DNA of 64,000 bases. It comes from Hamiltosporidium tvaerminnensis FI-OER-3-3. Lineage: Eukaryota; Fungi; Microsporidia. Both the position numbers and the translations under genes were made by a program. The stretch is from the NCBI GenBank assembly GCA_022605425.2, contig CM061249.1, forward strand, positions 682,001 through 746,000. Reading direction: 5' to 3'. Within the stretch, counting starts at the first letter, position 1, and every line of letters starts with the position of its first letter. Shown in pieces: positions 22,811 to 35,242 of this stretch. The notes under the pieces are model-generated. The model was given only the letters and a program-made list of their open reading frames with translations. It did not search any database and was not told where the DNA came from.

Positions 22811-25139
22811 AATTCATTTTTTCAGAAAATGTTTTATATTTTAAAGATCTGATTGCTTTTTTATAATAAAATCCTTTATCTTCATCAATAAAATATGAAT
22901 ATTTTTCGATATCTTTTTCAAAAAATGTTTCCTTAAATAGAAACCAAAGCAATATTAAATTATCACTGTTTTTAAACACTTCAGATATCAAAATATTATA
23001 AAGTTGCTGTTTACATTTTTCACAGAATGATTCATAATTGCATTTTAAATAAATTGTATTTCTAAAAACATTTAAACCATAAAACATAGAATTTTTATCT
23101 TCTATTTGTTTTCTTTCTAAAAATATTATTTCAGAATTAATTATTTCTGATTTCTTTAAAATACTTTTTGCTGAATATAAAATAGAAATTGGTAAGACAC
23201 AATTATTTTTATGTTTAAATTCGTCATTAATTTTATATTTTTTAATATTTCCTACAAAATTTGCATTTTCAGATTCAACTTCTATATTTTGAATACAAAA
23301 ATTTAAGACAAAATTTTTTTTGTACAAAAGATATTTTTCAAACAACAAAAATTCATTATTTCGATCGTCAATAAGAAAATTTTCAATCTTGAGTTGAATC
23401 TGATTAAAATCAAATTTATATTTTCTTAAATATCTAAGATATTCTAATTTGATATTTATATTCGTAGGAAATAATTTTATACCTTCTTCATATTCGAATT
23501 GTATGTCTATGTTTTGTATTTTTAAAAGATCTACATACAGTAAGTAGCATTTATAACCAGTCAAATTATTTTTTAAATCTTTAATTGTTTTATTGAAATC
23601 TATAAAGCTTAAAATTACAAATTTAAAAATTGTATTTTTTATCTTTTTTAATGTATTAAATGCTTTATAATAATCACCTAATTTGAAATAAATGATAGAT
23701 AAAGCAACTGTAAATTTCTCCCTTTGTTTTCTATAAAAGGAAATATTCTCAGAAAATAAATCTACTAAATTTTTAAGAAGTTTTAAATCCTTTTCATACA
23801 ACACTTGTATCTGTAAAATCTTCCAAATCTCTTTACAGTATAACAAATCATAAATATAATTACAATCTGAATATGTTTTTAATTGGTCGTATCTATGAGT
23901 TATTTTATTAAAAAAAGTTGTAATAAAATTTGTATCACAATTAAACTTAGAAAATATATTATAACATTCAAAAAATAAATTTTCATCTAAAAATTGAGAA
24001 TTCGCAAATGAAATAAAAAAAGATTGTAAATAGAAAGGCAAATCAGTAAAATAAATTATTTCTATATTTTTTATAAAATTATTTACCCACTCTTTGTTCA
24101 AAATAGAAGGTGGAATATAAATTCTGTATTTAACTTTTTTTAAAACCTTAAATATTGTATCTAAGTTTCGGTCTAATAACTCTTTTCTAACATTTCTAAA
24201 CATTTCTTTATCTTTAGCATTGTTTAGTGTAAAAATACTAAAATTTTCGTTGAAATGTTTATTTTCTTTAAGGAAATTATAAATTTTTGAGAAATTAAAT
24301 AATTGATCGTTTTTTTCTAAAACATTTTCAATTTGATCAAAATTTTTAGATTCGTGAAAATTTTTAGATTCGTTAAATTCTTCATTTTTTAAATATTTTT
24401 CATACAAAATAACTAATTTGTCAATAAAAAAATCATTCCTTGTCATTTCGATGGCATAACTTAATAATCCGAATTTACTTGTTATGCTTTCTTGATATTC
24501 GATAAGTAAATTCCATAATATAACGGATTTTTGATTATATTTCAAACCCTCTTTAATATATGATATATCATTTTCATTTTCATATAATTTGATGTATATT
24601 TCTTCTTTATTTGTATCAATGTTTTTTAATGCTTCCAATGCTCTTTCTTTGGTATAAAAAGAATTTAGCAATTCAATCCAAAGTTTGTCACATTTGGTTT
24701 TTGAATTCGCTATTCCATCTAATAATATTTTTTCTGAGTTATAAGAATCAAGAAGTTTAGACAATTGTATTCTTAAAAAATTATTATCGGGATTTCTAAT
24801 TAGTTCTATCTTCATCTTTTCGATTTTATCATTTTCTAAGTTAATAGGAATAAATTTTAACTCTTTTTTATCTTTTTTCCAAGTTGCTTTTGATTTCATT
24901 TTATCTAAATCGAGCGCAATTTTAGACCAATCCACATTTTTTAAGTCTTCTGATACTGGTGGTATAATTGTTTCGGTTTTATTTACATTTTTATGTTTTT
25001 TTTGTCTTTTATTTTTTATATTTTTTTCTATTTCTGAATATGAAAGTAATTCATCTGATATTTCACTGTCAAATTCTTCCTCAATAATATTTTCAGAAAT
25101 TTTTAATTTTTTTATATCAAAATCTTTTGGCTTACCCAT
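22764..25139 (-). CDS. PRP6: Prp6-like pre-mRNA splicing factor (HAT/TPR repeats)
   Basis: DLKNVDWSKI, ELIRNPDNNFLRIQLSKL...ILLDGIANSKTKCDKLWIEL and EGLKYNQKSVILWNL parallel the Prp6 N-terminal and HAT motifs, but the protein is highly divergent. Confidence 0.6.
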   Translation of the reverse strand: MGKPKDFDIKKLKISENIIEEEFDSEISDELLSYSEIEKNIKNKRQKKHKNVNKTETIIPPVSEDLKNVDWSKIALDLDKMKSKATWKKDKKELKFIPINLENDKIEKMKIELIRNPDNNFLRIQLSKLLDSYNSEKILLDGIANSKTKCDKLWIELLNSFYTKERALEALKNIDTNKEEIYIKLYENENDISYIKEGLKYNQKSVILWNLLIEYQESITSKFGLLSYAIEMTRNDFFIDKLVILYEKYLKNEEFNESKNFHESKNFDQIENVLEKNDQLFNFSKIYNFLKENKHFNENFSIFTLNNAKDKEMFRNVRKELLDRNLDTIFKVLKKVKYRIYIPPSILNKEWVNNFIKNIEIIYFTDLPFYLQSFFISFANSQFLDENLFFECYNIFSKFNCDTNFITTFFNKITHRYDQLKTYSDCNYIYDLLYCKEIWKILQIQVLYEKDLKLLKNLVDLFSENISFYRKQREKFTVALSIIYFKLGDYYKAFNTLKKIKNTIFKFVILSFIDFNKTIKDLKNNLTGYKCYLLYVDLLKIQNIDIQFEYEEGIKLFPTNINIKLEYLRYLRKYKFDFNQIQLKIENFLIDDRNNEFLLFEKYLLYKKNFVLNFCIQNIEVESENANFVGNIKKYKINDEFKHKNNCVLPISILYSAKSILKKSEIINSEIIFLERKQIEDKNSMFYGLNVFRNTIYLKCNYESFCEKCKQQLYNILISEVFKNSDNLILLWFLFKETFFEKDIEKYSYFIDEDKGFYYKKAIRSLKYKTFSEKMNYGFNLIEEDFLFTLC

Positions 25140-25311
25140 TTTTAAGGGGTTTCATACTGATTTTGATATATTTACTACTTTTTAAAAATAAAGAGCATTG
25201 ATATGAATTATAAACCTTTTTTATAATTATTTTGAAACGAAATAACGCATATTTATTTACTTGCTTTTACTGCTTTTAAAATTTATTTCTGTTTTCTTTT
25301 TGCATTGAAAA

Positions 25312-26050
25312 TTTCTTTGACAGAGGAACAATTTTATTAAAAAAACTATCTGCTTGGCAATGAGTATGTGAAATTGTGGTTACTGAAAATTTTGTTTTAA
25401 TTTTGAAGAATAAAAATAAAACTACCTATTCGGTTGTTACACGTGAATTTGTATTCCGAAAAAAAGGTCTAGGAAATGGGGAAACTTTTTTTACAAATCT
25501 ATTTTGTAGTTTTTTATGTAACTAGATCACAGATCGCGGCTAAAACTTGTAGGTAATTGCCATACAAAAGCATGGAAACTTACTTTTGCTCACTCCGGTC
25601 AGAAGACTTAGCGCCTGAAAGATACAAAAAAACCCATTAAAGCCGGGAGAGCTAAGTAGCAGGTTATAACTGTTGGTATGACACTTCAATGTTTAAGTGG
25701 CTCTATGTAAGTCGCCGAGATATATCTTAGCTAAAAGTTTATTGGATTCAGAAACCGTAAAGTTATTGGGAATGTTATATAATGGTGAAATATCTTAATT
25801 TGGATTTTGAACTGCAAATAATATTTCATGCAATGAACATCAATTAACTCAAGGCGACCGCCTCACTCCTTAATTTGGTTTTACATACCTTTTAGATGAA
25901 TTTCTTTTAGGTTTAAGTATCATCTAAGGGATATAAATGGGGTGTTGAGGGTAGATAGTAATTTATATTAAACCTAGAACTGTGTTAATATCATGCAAAC
26001 AATATAAAAGCCATATTTCTAAAAAATAGACGATTTATTAAATTAAAAAC
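25312..26050 (+). repeat. 720-bp interspersed element, copy E
   Basis: tgcttggcaatgag, gaagacttagcgcctg, aaagccgggagagctaagtagcaggttata, aacctagaactgtgttaat. Confidence 0.9.
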
Positions 26051-26400
26051 ATATAAGAAGGATTCCTAAAAAATACTTTCCAAGATAAAAATTCGTTAAA
26101 AATAACGATTTGAATTCAAAATTACACTCTAGACGCCATAATAAATTACCGTTGTTGTCTCTATCGTTTAAATAGATGGATGCTTATTTTTTTCCCAAAA
26201 ATATGATGTAAAATTTTTAAAATCTGTAGGATATAAAATATATCGTAGATATCGAAATAAACACAGAATTTATTAATCAGCTGCTTCAATTCTCCGTGTT
26301 TTATAAGATATAAACAAACCAACAAATCCAAGATGGGTTTATTGAAGGAAAAATAAAGGTATAAAAATATTTATTTTCTAAAAATTTACTTTACAAACTT

Positions 26401-26620
26401 TCTTATTCCATTCTTATTTTACTTCTCAGGGGCGAGAATAAAAAAATGCAAGTTTTTCATTTGTTTCTTTAAATATGTTGTAACTCAGGATTATAGAAGA
26501 GCGTTCTATAAATTTAACATAATATATATCCTACTAAAACGGTCAATGATTTTAACACCAATTATACAGACTAATTGTCAAACATTTAGTTTTTACTGTG
26601 ATTATCCTCTCTAGAAACTT
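26401..26620 (-). repeat. Repeat family R, copy 2 (inverted head relative to copy E)
   Basis: Colinear with 3548-3769; ends gattatcctctctag. Confidence 0.7.
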
Positions 26621-26767
26621 AAATAATTGCAAATATGTTTATAATTTTTTAAGCAAACATTCAAGTTTTTGAGTAACAAATTATTCCTAAGTTTTAAGAA
26701 AATTAGTAACAAATTTATTTCTTATTTAAATATGCTTTTTACTCATTAGAAACCAATTAAAAATCAT

Positions 26768-26917
26768 AAATTACTTAAGCTATTCTTATCAATATTAAAT
26801 AATAAAGAATCCCAGTTATAAATTTATTTAAAGAAAATTACAAATTACTTAATCTATTCTTATCAATATTTAATTAATTAAAAATTCAAATTATAAATTT
26901 ATTTAAAAGACTTACAA
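26768..26917. repeat. ~74-bp tandem duplication downstream of Nuf2
   Basis: aaattacttaa.ctattcttatcaatatt at 26768 and 26842. Confidence 0.75.
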
Positions 26918-26926
26918 ACAAATTTA

Positions 26927-28246
26927 TTAATTCTTTAAATAAGCATTCAATTCATTTAAATAATTATATATTTTATCTTTAATTCCACACAATGCAGATT
27001 GAAAACTCATCATTTCATTTTCATGGTTTTCTTTTAATTTCAAGGATTCTTGTTCATATTCTTTAATTTTTTTATTATTTACTTCAATTTTAGAATAAGT
27101 CTCATTTCTAGATTCAGATATTTGATCATAATTAATTTTTAAATCTTCCATTCTTGAAGTAATTCCATAAAAATAGCTATTATCATTTTCTTGTAAATTA
27201 TTTATTTTAGTTTCCAAATGTGATATTTGTTTAATAATATGAGAATATTTATTATCCAATGAATCCATATACGATGAAACATTTTTACTTTCAGATTCTA
27301 AAATCATATTTTCTTTAATTATTTTTTCTTTATCTTTTTTAAAATTTTGTATTTGCACAGCTGTTTTAAGAATTCTTCTCAAATCAGAAATAGAATCTTC
27401 AAAATTATTTATTTTTTCTTTTAATTTGTTATACCTACTTTCAAGTAATTTTATTGAATCTTTTTCTTTTAATATCATCGTTTTCATCTCTTTTAAAAGT
27501 TCAAGTAATTTTTTAGGATCATTTACTATCTGTGTCTTGAGACTAGCAATTTCTTGTTTATAATTTACTACAATAAGTTGTGTTGAACTTATTTTATCAG
27601 ATATTTCTGATTTCTTTTGTTTAAGAATTTCTACTTCGTTTGCTTTTTGTCTTTGCTGTTTAAAAAATTCTTTTAAATCTTTTTCTAAACATTCTATTTC
27701 TTCTTTTAATCCTTCTAAAACTTTTTTATTTCTCTTTAATTCATCTTCTTGACTCAAAAGTATATTTTCTTGCATCCTTATTTTATTCTCAATATCTTGT
27801 TTTATTTCTTCTCTTTCTAATCCTTTTCTTATTATTTTTTCGTATACATGTCTTTTATTGTCTCTGTACATAGAAAAGTTCATAATATGACTGATTAAAG
27901 AAATAATTCTTTTTGAATCGGGTTGTAGAATATCTTTGGAAGAAAACCCATCATAATTTATTTTTTCAAAAAACGAAGAAAGTTTTTTCAATAGAAACAC
28001 TAAATATAAAGATTCTTCATAAATAGAATTATTGGTGTTTCTAATTATACGTTCAACACTTTCAGATACTTTTTCTCCTTTATAAATTTGTAAAAAAGTT
28101 TCAAATAATTTTTGTGTTGAAAGTGGTGTAGGATTTAATAATTCGCTTGGTTTTAATTGTATTTGCATTTCTGAATAATATTGTATTATTTCTTTTACGG
28201 AGAAATCAGGAATGTAATAAATATTTTTTTTGGTGGTTTTTCTCAT
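26927..28246 (-). CDS. NUF2: Kinetochore protein Nuf2 (Ndc80 complex)
   Basis: CH-domain motifs PDFSVKEIIQYY..ELLNPTP and FSSKDILQPDSKRIISLISHIMNFSMYRD, followed by a long coiled coil. Confidence 0.88.
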   Translation of the reverse strand: MRKTTKKNIYYIPDFSVKEIIQYYSEMQIQLKPSELLNPTPLSTQKLFETFLQIYKGEKVSESVERIIRNTNNSIYEESLYLVFLLKKLSSFFEKINYDGFSSKDILQPDSKRIISLISHIMNFSMYRDNKRHVYEKIIRKGLEREEIKQDIENKIRMQENILLSQEDELKRNKKVLEGLKEEIECLEKDLKEFFKQQRQKANEVEILKQKKSEISDKISSTQLIVVNYKQEIASLKTQIVNDPKKLLELLKEMKTMILKEKDSIKLLESRYNKLKEKINNFEDSISDLRRILKTAVQIQNFKKDKEKIIKENMILESESKNVSSYMDSLDNKYSHIIKQISHLETKINNLQENDNSYFYGITSRMEDLKINYDQISESRNETYSKIEVNNKKIKEYEQESLKLKENHENEMMSFQSALCGIKDKIYNYLNELNAYLKN

Positions 28247-28568
28247 TTTTTTTATGGAGGGTTTTTTTTATATATTTTGTGGTTTTTTTATATATTTTGA
28301 GGTTTTTTTATTTCTTATAATTCAACTAGGTTTTGTAAATATTTTTATTTCTTATATTTCTTTGGATTTTTTTAATTTCTTATATTTCTTATATTTTTTT
28401 GGATTTTTTTTATTTCTTATATTCCTTATATTTTTTTCATTAAATATTTCAAATTACATTTCTTATTTTCTCCTTTTTTATTAGAGGCTTTAATATATTT
28501 TCTTATACTTCTTGAATTTATTTAGAATACTTTCTATTTATTAAATTTCATCTTCTTGGTTATTTTTT

Positions 28569-28738
28569 AATACTTATTTATACAGTAATTGGTTATTTAA
28601 ATTCTTAATTCCTTAACATCTCACATTTCTTCAAATTATTTTATTTTTAAATACTTATTTATACAGGAGTTGATTAGATATTTTAACTCTTAAAACCTTA
28701 ACATCCCACTTTTCTTCAAATTATTTTATTTTTAAATT
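28569..28738. repeat. ~82-bp tandem duplication upstream of Sec1
   Basis: aatacttatttatacag...ccttaacatc.cac.tt(t)cttcaaattattttatttttaaat occurs twice. Confidence 0.75.
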
Positions 28739-28780
28739 TATATTTCTAAAAAAAAAAATAAAATTTAAAATTTTAAAAAA

Positions 28781-30343
28781 ATGGACATAAAAACACTAAC
28801 GAAGCAAAAAATAATAACAGAAGTTATAAAACACGGACACAGTAAAGATGAATGGAGAGTAATGATTATAGACGAATACACCGCATCAATAATAACAAAC
28901 GTGTTTACAATATCAGAAATTCTATCTTACAATATTATAAGTCTGATTAGAATTGAAGAAAAAGAAAAACCAAATTTAAAAGAATTTTCTGTAATTTATT
29001 TTGTCAAAATAACTGAAACTTCAATAAAAAGTATAAAAAAAGATTTTAAAAAAAAATCTTTTAAATCTTTTTATGTTATCACCGCCAACGAAATTACTTC
29101 TAATCAATTAAATAAAATTGATTTGGTTGGTCCGCCGGAAATATCAATTAAACAATTAAATTTTGGTTTTGTTCCATACGAATCTCGTGTTTTTATAGTT
29201 AAAGATAATTTATTTGATGGAATCAAATCTTTTTCAAATATATTTGATATTAATTTTAATGTTTGTTATACTAATGATTTGACCAAAGATATTGCATTTA
29301 CGTTGAATGATTATTTTGAAACTCAAAAGAAAAAAAATTATGGAAATCTTATTATTTTGGATAGATCTGTAGATTTATACACACCTTTACTTCATTATTA
29401 TACTTTTCAAGCTATTTTACACGATTTTAAATTTCTAGTCGATAATTTTTATATCGAAAAAGAAATACATTTTGAAGAATCTGATAAGTTATGGACATCT
29501 ATACGACACGGTCACATCGCAGAAATAAATAACATTTTATCAGAAAAAGCCAAAATATTGGTTTCAGGTATAAAAAAATTAGAAAAAGATATCGATATTA
29601 AAGATTTAGCAAAAATAGTTGCAGAAACACCAGAAAATCTAAAACTTAAATCAGAAGTAGAAATGTTTTTAGAACTTTTAGACAAATCAATTACAAAATT
29701 TGAATTAGATAATTTACCTTTGGTATCTGATTTAGAACAAAGTATTTCTACACGATATACCAAATCAGGAAATAAATACAGAGAAGCAATAAATGATTTT
29801 TTTGATATTTTAAAAAATCCAGAAATCAGAAAACATGACAAACTTAGATTGTATCTTCTATTATTGGTCAGTAAATATACGTTGGAAAAAAACGAAGAAC
29901 AACATATTATTGACAAAGGTTGGTTATCAAAATCTGAAATAAATTTAAAAAATAAAATTAAAAAAATGACTGAATATTTTATAATTCGTAAAGAATTAAA
30001 CAGAGAAATTAAATATGATATATCTCGTTACCAACCCATTTTAAAAGATATACTTTACTCATTTCATGAAAAGAAAAAATGTTTTATAAATATTATTGGA
30101 TGTAAAGAAGATTCTGCAACTGAAGAAGTATCTTTAAGACAAGGCGGATTTGTATTTAAATCTAATAATGGAGACTCAACTAAGAAAAAGAAAGTAATTG
30201 TTGTTTATTTTATTGGTGGTGTTACTTTTGCTGAAATCGCTATTGCTTATGATGTTTCAAGTAAACTTGGAATTGAAATAATTGTAGGATCGGATCAAAT
30301 ATTAACTCCTGAATCATTCCTTGATAATATTATTAAAAAATAA
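28781..30343 (+). CDS. SEC1: Sec1/Munc18 (SM) family protein
   Basis: EWRVMIID, LIILDRSVDLYTPLLHYYTFQA, LWTSIRHGHIAE, HDKLRLYLL, ISRYQP, VYFIGGVTFAEI, IIVGSDQILTP. Confidence 0.92.
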   Translation: MDIKTLTKQKIITEVIKHGHSKDEWRVMIIDEYTASIITNVFTISEILSYNIISLIRIEEKEKPNLKEFSVIYFVKITETSIKSIKKDFKKKSFKSFYVITANEITSNQLNKIDLVGPPEISIKQLNFGFVPYESRVFIVKDNLFDGIKSFSNIFDINFNVCYTNDLTKDIAFTLNDYFETQKKKNYGNLIILDRSVDLYTPLLHYYTFQAILHDFKFLVDNFYIEKEIHFEESDKLWTSIRHGHIAEINNILSEKAKILVSGIKKLEKDIDIKDLAKIVAETPENLKLKSEVEMFLELLDKSITKFELDNLPLVSDLEQSISTRYTKSGNKYREAINDFFDILKNPEIRKHDKLRLYLLLLVSKYTLEKNEEQHIIDKGWLSKSEINLKNKIKKMTEYFIIRKELNREIKYDISRYQPILKDILYSFHEKKKCFINIIGCKEDSATEEVSLRQGGFVFKSNNGDSTKKKKVIVVYFIGGVTFAEIAIAYDVSSKLGIEIIVGSDQILTPESFLDNIIKK

Positions 30344-30742
30344 AATTATTTATAAATTTATATTTTGTTTCAAAAAGTTTATCTAAGTTTTTGTGAATTT
30401 TTAATCATAATTGTACTTCAAATTTATTTGGATTAAAATTTTTTTCACATAATTTATATTTAGAAATATAGTTTCTTAATTAAATACAAGATTTAATTTT
30501 AAGATTTAGATAATTCTAATTGAAATCTCTTTATACTATAATTTAATATTTGGTAAAAATATTTAAAATTCTGGAAAAATTCTTTTTCATATTTTTTTTT
30601 GATATTTTTTCCAGTTAAGCTATTTAAATTCTTTTATAATATTTTTATTACATCTTTAACGGTTTATACTTACTCTCATATTTTATATTCTTATATTTTA
30701 ACTTCCTTTTTTTCGTTCTCTTATTTTTTTCTATATTTTAAT

Positions 30743-31084
30743 TTCATACTTAGTTCATACTTAGTTCATACTATGTTCATACTTAGTTCATACTTAGTTC
30801 ATACTTTTATACTTGTTATTGTTATACTTGTTATATTGTTTATTGTTTACTTGTTTTTGTTTTATTTTTTTTCATACTTAGTTCATACTTAGTTCATACT
30901 TAGTTCATACTTAGTTCATACTTAGTTCATACTTAGTTCATATTTAGTTCATACTAAGTTCATATTTAGTTCATAGTTAGTTCATACTTAGTTCATATTT
31001 AGTTCATACTTAGTTCATACTTAGTTCATACTTAGTTCATACTTAGTTCATACTTAGTTCATACTTAATTCATACTTAGTTCAT
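30743..31084. repeat. 11-bp minisatellite (ttagttcatac)n
   Basis: Main array ~30872-31084 (~19 units) and a smaller one at 30743-30804. Confidence 0.95.
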
Positions 31085-31212
31085 ATAATCTTTAATGTAA
31101 TTAGTTGTATTAACTTTCAATTCTACTTTAATAGCATCTAAACATACTTTTATATAAATAATAAACAAATTTACCTTTTTTAGTATCAAACAAAATCCCA
31201 TTTTTAAAATTG

Positions 31213-31959
31213 ATGAAAGATAGAGTTTTTATAAACGATTTATCAAAAATATGTTCGGTAAATTTGTTTGAAGAAATAGGGACAAAAGATTTCGATGATT
31301 TATTACCAGTAGATTACTACTATGCAATACCTCATACTCATCTATACGCGGCAAAAAGTTTTTTACCGAATAATTCTAAAATAATATCTACTGATATAGA
31401 CATGTCCCTTGATTCTCATATACTTGGTGCCATAAACATATACAATTTAGATGATATTGGAATAAACATGACGATAATTAATATTCGATTTGAAAATAAT
31501 ATTTTACAAGGTGATTATAATAGAGTTATACAGAAGATATATGATTGCAAAGGATATTATTTTAGGTTTTTTATACGTATTATTAATACGTATACAGAAA
31601 CAGTGAGAATACTTGATCCGAGACTTATATTAGAAAATATTAAATTGCTTTTTGAAAGTGAAATACTTACTAAAGAAACACCAGTGGATATAATATATTT
31701 ACCTGTATTAAAAATAGATAAATTGGTTGGTTCAATGAAAAATGATTTTTCTATTATTTGTGATGGATTGAGATACATTTTAGATGAATATCGTAATAAA
31801 GGAAGAATAATATATGGAAAGCATTTAGAAAATAAAAAACTTAAAGAATATATAGAGAATGGGTTTATTGATGGAGTAATGAGTGATGAAATTATATCAT
31901 TTAAGGAATTTGTAGAATATAATAATCTTATTTATAAGTACGAAATAGATGATGATTGA
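31213..31959 (+). CDS. Triosephosphate isomerase-like protein with degenerate active site (pseudoenzyme)
   Basis: Full-length colinearity with TIM: LGAINIYNLDDIG~TGEISPGMIKDCG, DIIYLPVLKI~VLAYEPVWAI, RIIYGKHL~RIIYGGSV, IDGVMS..KEFVE~VDGFLVG..PEFVD. Confidence 0.75.
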   Translation: MKDRVFINDLSKICSVNLFEEIGTKDFDDLLPVDYYYAIPHTHLYAAKSFLPNNSKIISTDIDMSLDSHILGAINIYNLDDIGINMTIINIRFENNILQGDYNRVIQKIYDCKGYYFRFFIRIINTYTETVRILDPRLILENIKLLFESEILTKETPVDIIYLPVLKIDKLVGSMKNDFSIICDGLRYILDEYRNKGRIIYGKHLENKKLKEYIENGFIDGVMSDEIISFKEFVEYNNLIYKYEIDDD

Positions 31960-33499
31960 TAGAAGTTATAAAAGAAAAACGAGGTATTGAAATCCTCTGT
32001 AATGTAAAATAAAATTTAAATTTAAAATGTTATATTTTTTTGATAATTTTTCAAGCCCGAAAATGTTTCCATCTTCGATTGCCTCTCCAGTTATTTATGT
32101 CTTTACTACTTTTATTAAGCATCTATATCTTAGTAATTTCAAACGATTGTTCGTATTTCGCTGCTATCTCTTATTATTTTTATATTAAATTTTGTTTTAC
32201 ATAATCCACCTTGAAACCTACAAATATTGGAATAGAAGGTAATCATTTATATATAAAATGAATGAAAGTCAGCCTATAAATTTCTTGAATACTTACATAG
32301 TTTAATCATCTTGCGATAAATCGTTTAAAATTTCATACCAATAGCTCAACCGTGTAAAAAATTTCCAAATATTTATTTTTCAAACAAAATTTAATCTAAA
32401 AACGCTTTATTATGAAATCATAAACATTTTAATACTAACATCTATATTTTTTACTTCTAACTTGCCTCCATCAAAATAAATTTAGCAATAAAAACTGAAT
32501 TGTTTAAAAAGAATCAAAGTAAAATTAAAGTTTTCTATTTAAAGAAACGTTTTTTTACTTAATAACATACTTCGAAAAGACTAATAACTCAAAAAACAAG
32601 TAGATATTCGTTTGTTATATTTTAATTACTCAACGCTAACTAATGAGCAAATTTTTAATGGCTCACGGTATTATCGGTTATTTTATCATTTGCGAGTGTT
32701 TCTGGTTAAATTAGCCTATCCTGCATAGATTAATTAATTTTCAGTGTTCATACTAAATTACCTCCTACTTTCAACTAAAATATCTCAGTGTTATCTACTT
32801 AAGTAAATCATTCTTATACCCGCTTTTTCCCTATAATTATGATTCAGGAAAGTAAATTATTGAAACTTATCTGTTAAGAAAAAGTATAAATCCTAATTTC
32901 TTAGACTGATCATTTATTGTTCGATTAGATACATAGAAAAGGTCATATTATATACAAAGTATAATTTTCGTATCGAAGAGTACTTTTTTCTTGCACTATA
33001 TAGTCTTCTTTACGAATAAAAATCGACTGTACTTCTGTATTAAATAGAATTCTGTGTATAACTTAATAATAATCTAGAAAACGATGTTGTAAGAAATCGA
33101 TTCGAAATCAGCCATTACATGACTGATTGGCATCGAACAGCAAAGTCAAAAACATAATTACAAAGAATTTCGAACCTTTTATGAAGTTCGTTTGGTAATC
33201 TAACGATTCGAAAATATTTACGTATATTACAATCAAATTATGATTACATTGATATTTAGCACTCTGATTGGTGTATATTCAGAATTAAACAATATACCAT
33301 GTTATCAGGATTTATTACTTCCTACTTGTCTTCTTTTTCTTTTCTGTTTTTGTATCTTACATAATTAGATTATAGTTAATATAAGTTTATTTATATATGA
33401 AATGAAACTTTAAAAAGTGAAGAAAGATAAAAGAAGAAACTAAGATTATAAACAAATCTATACTTATTTTAATATCCCGTACTAGTATGCAGAGGTTTT

Positions 33500-35242
33500 C
33501 AATACATTTTCGCCTAAAAACGTTAGTAAAGCCAATAAATTAGAAAATTGCAAAAAAGAACTAGAAAGAAAAAAAAATAAATTTTTGTAGAATATATTAG
33601 CTATTGTACCTTATAAATTTAGTTCCACAAAATAATTTTAATATAGTGAAGATGGTACATTAAACCAACGCCGTGAGTCATTGGGCAATCTATAGAAACA
33701 AAAGGTAAATGTACAAACATTAAGAGCATTACAATAAAAGATCACAAAATATAACAGTGTTGAGGGAGGTTGACAGGTTGTAGGAAATAATTGTGGAGTT
33801 TTAGATTGTGAAATAAATATAATTTTAACAAAAAAAAATCTAGGTGCAAGGAGTAAAGAACGTCTATACCTTCCTCATAAAAAAAATCCCAGGGATTTAA
33901 ATATTTTTGAATTCAAAGTGAGTATTTGCAATTTATAATTCTTGAATTTTATGGAAAAAATCTAAAGAAACATCTATCAGAAGAGAATCAATGCTAAAGA
34001 TTAAGATTAAAAATCGAAACCTTTTGCACTGAGAAAAACCAATCTTTTTAAAATTAAAATACGGGTTAGGAAAGAAAGCCAAAAAGAATAAAGTAAAATA
34101 AGCTCAACTAGTTAAATATTATCACGAAAATAATAAAACAGATACAGTTTAAATACAGCAAATCGACCACACTCACCTGATCTTTTTAAACCAATATTGC
34201 TATGTAAAGGCCCCATGTGCGCAATTGGTCTTTAATTCTATAATAAATTATAGCAGAAATAGAAAACTGAATAAAACACTCAAAGTTATATAAAGCAAGA
34301 AAAAATGATCTTTTAGGTGTTAATGGTTCTTCAAGATGGTCAAAAAAGGGAATGTAAAACCTGGTCGAAGCATTTTTCTGCTATACTAAGTATAGAAATT
34401 TATTCTGGAAAGCAAAGATATGTACCAACACCGCATTTAGTCTAGAAACATAATAGTATATCTAGCGACATGATCTATTACAATACATAGTCAGTAAAAC
34501 ATTAGAAAACATAATGAATTTATATGATACGTACACATAACCGTCTAAGTAAATACTATTTTAAGTCTTTAAATTGAATTATGAACACTCGGTTCAATAT
34601 ATTTCACAAAATAAGTAAGCAGAAATTAGAGTAGACATTGAAATAAAACCATTGCCAAATTCGAAATGAAACAGGAGGATCTGTTTTCATCAAAAAACCG
34701 AATATGATAACCTTATTTACACTAAAAATTAATTCTTAGTACTTATTTGAAATAGATAAGGTAAAAGAATTAATATATACGTCAAGTAGAAATGAGTTGG
34801 ATTTTTATTATTACTTTTAATGTGGTGATATTTCTTTGTGTAATCACCTGCTAGGGTATTAGACAATTACGATAAGATGCATATTTAAGAGTATAAATAA
34901 CGATGGATATAAAAGAATAATTTAGTTGATGTATTAAAAAAAACAGCTAAATAATTTCTTCTGGGTAACCATGATAATTGGGCTTGAGTTAAATATCTGG
35001 AAAAGTCGGGAAAGTGTCGTGGCGTGCTATTGAAGAAGCCTAGAGTCATAAACAACCAATTTTTTGTTCAAAGCAAGTGAAGAACGAGAAGAAAATGTTA
35101 AACAAGCAAATCCCAAAAATATTTTATCATTTATTTTAGACGAGGCAACCACAAATGAACAAAAGAAAATAACCATAAATGAAACTTTGGCTGCATAAGA
35201 AGAGAATATAGTATTTGAAATGGTTAACAAAAGCATTTAAAA
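33500..35242 (+). mobile_element. Heavily degenerate RLE non-LTR retrotransposon (RT thumb, Zn knuckle, endonuclease, acidic tail)
   Basis: SKERLYLP at ~33853, RNLFW at ~34394, a remnant of PYVMTWDGI at ~34835, and a tail at 35070-35240 that aligns with 390-558. Confidence 0.65.

Noticed and set aside
28230-28484. Hydrophobic F/I/L-rich ORFs (also 8691-8978, 11007-11192, 30599-30892)
   Set aside because: These are products of T-rich or A-rich low-complexity DNA and the 11-bp minisatellite.
32040-32400. Possible small-GTPase relic (IPIFVGFKVD on the - strand)
   Set aside because: It is a single weak motif with no P-loop or DxxG.
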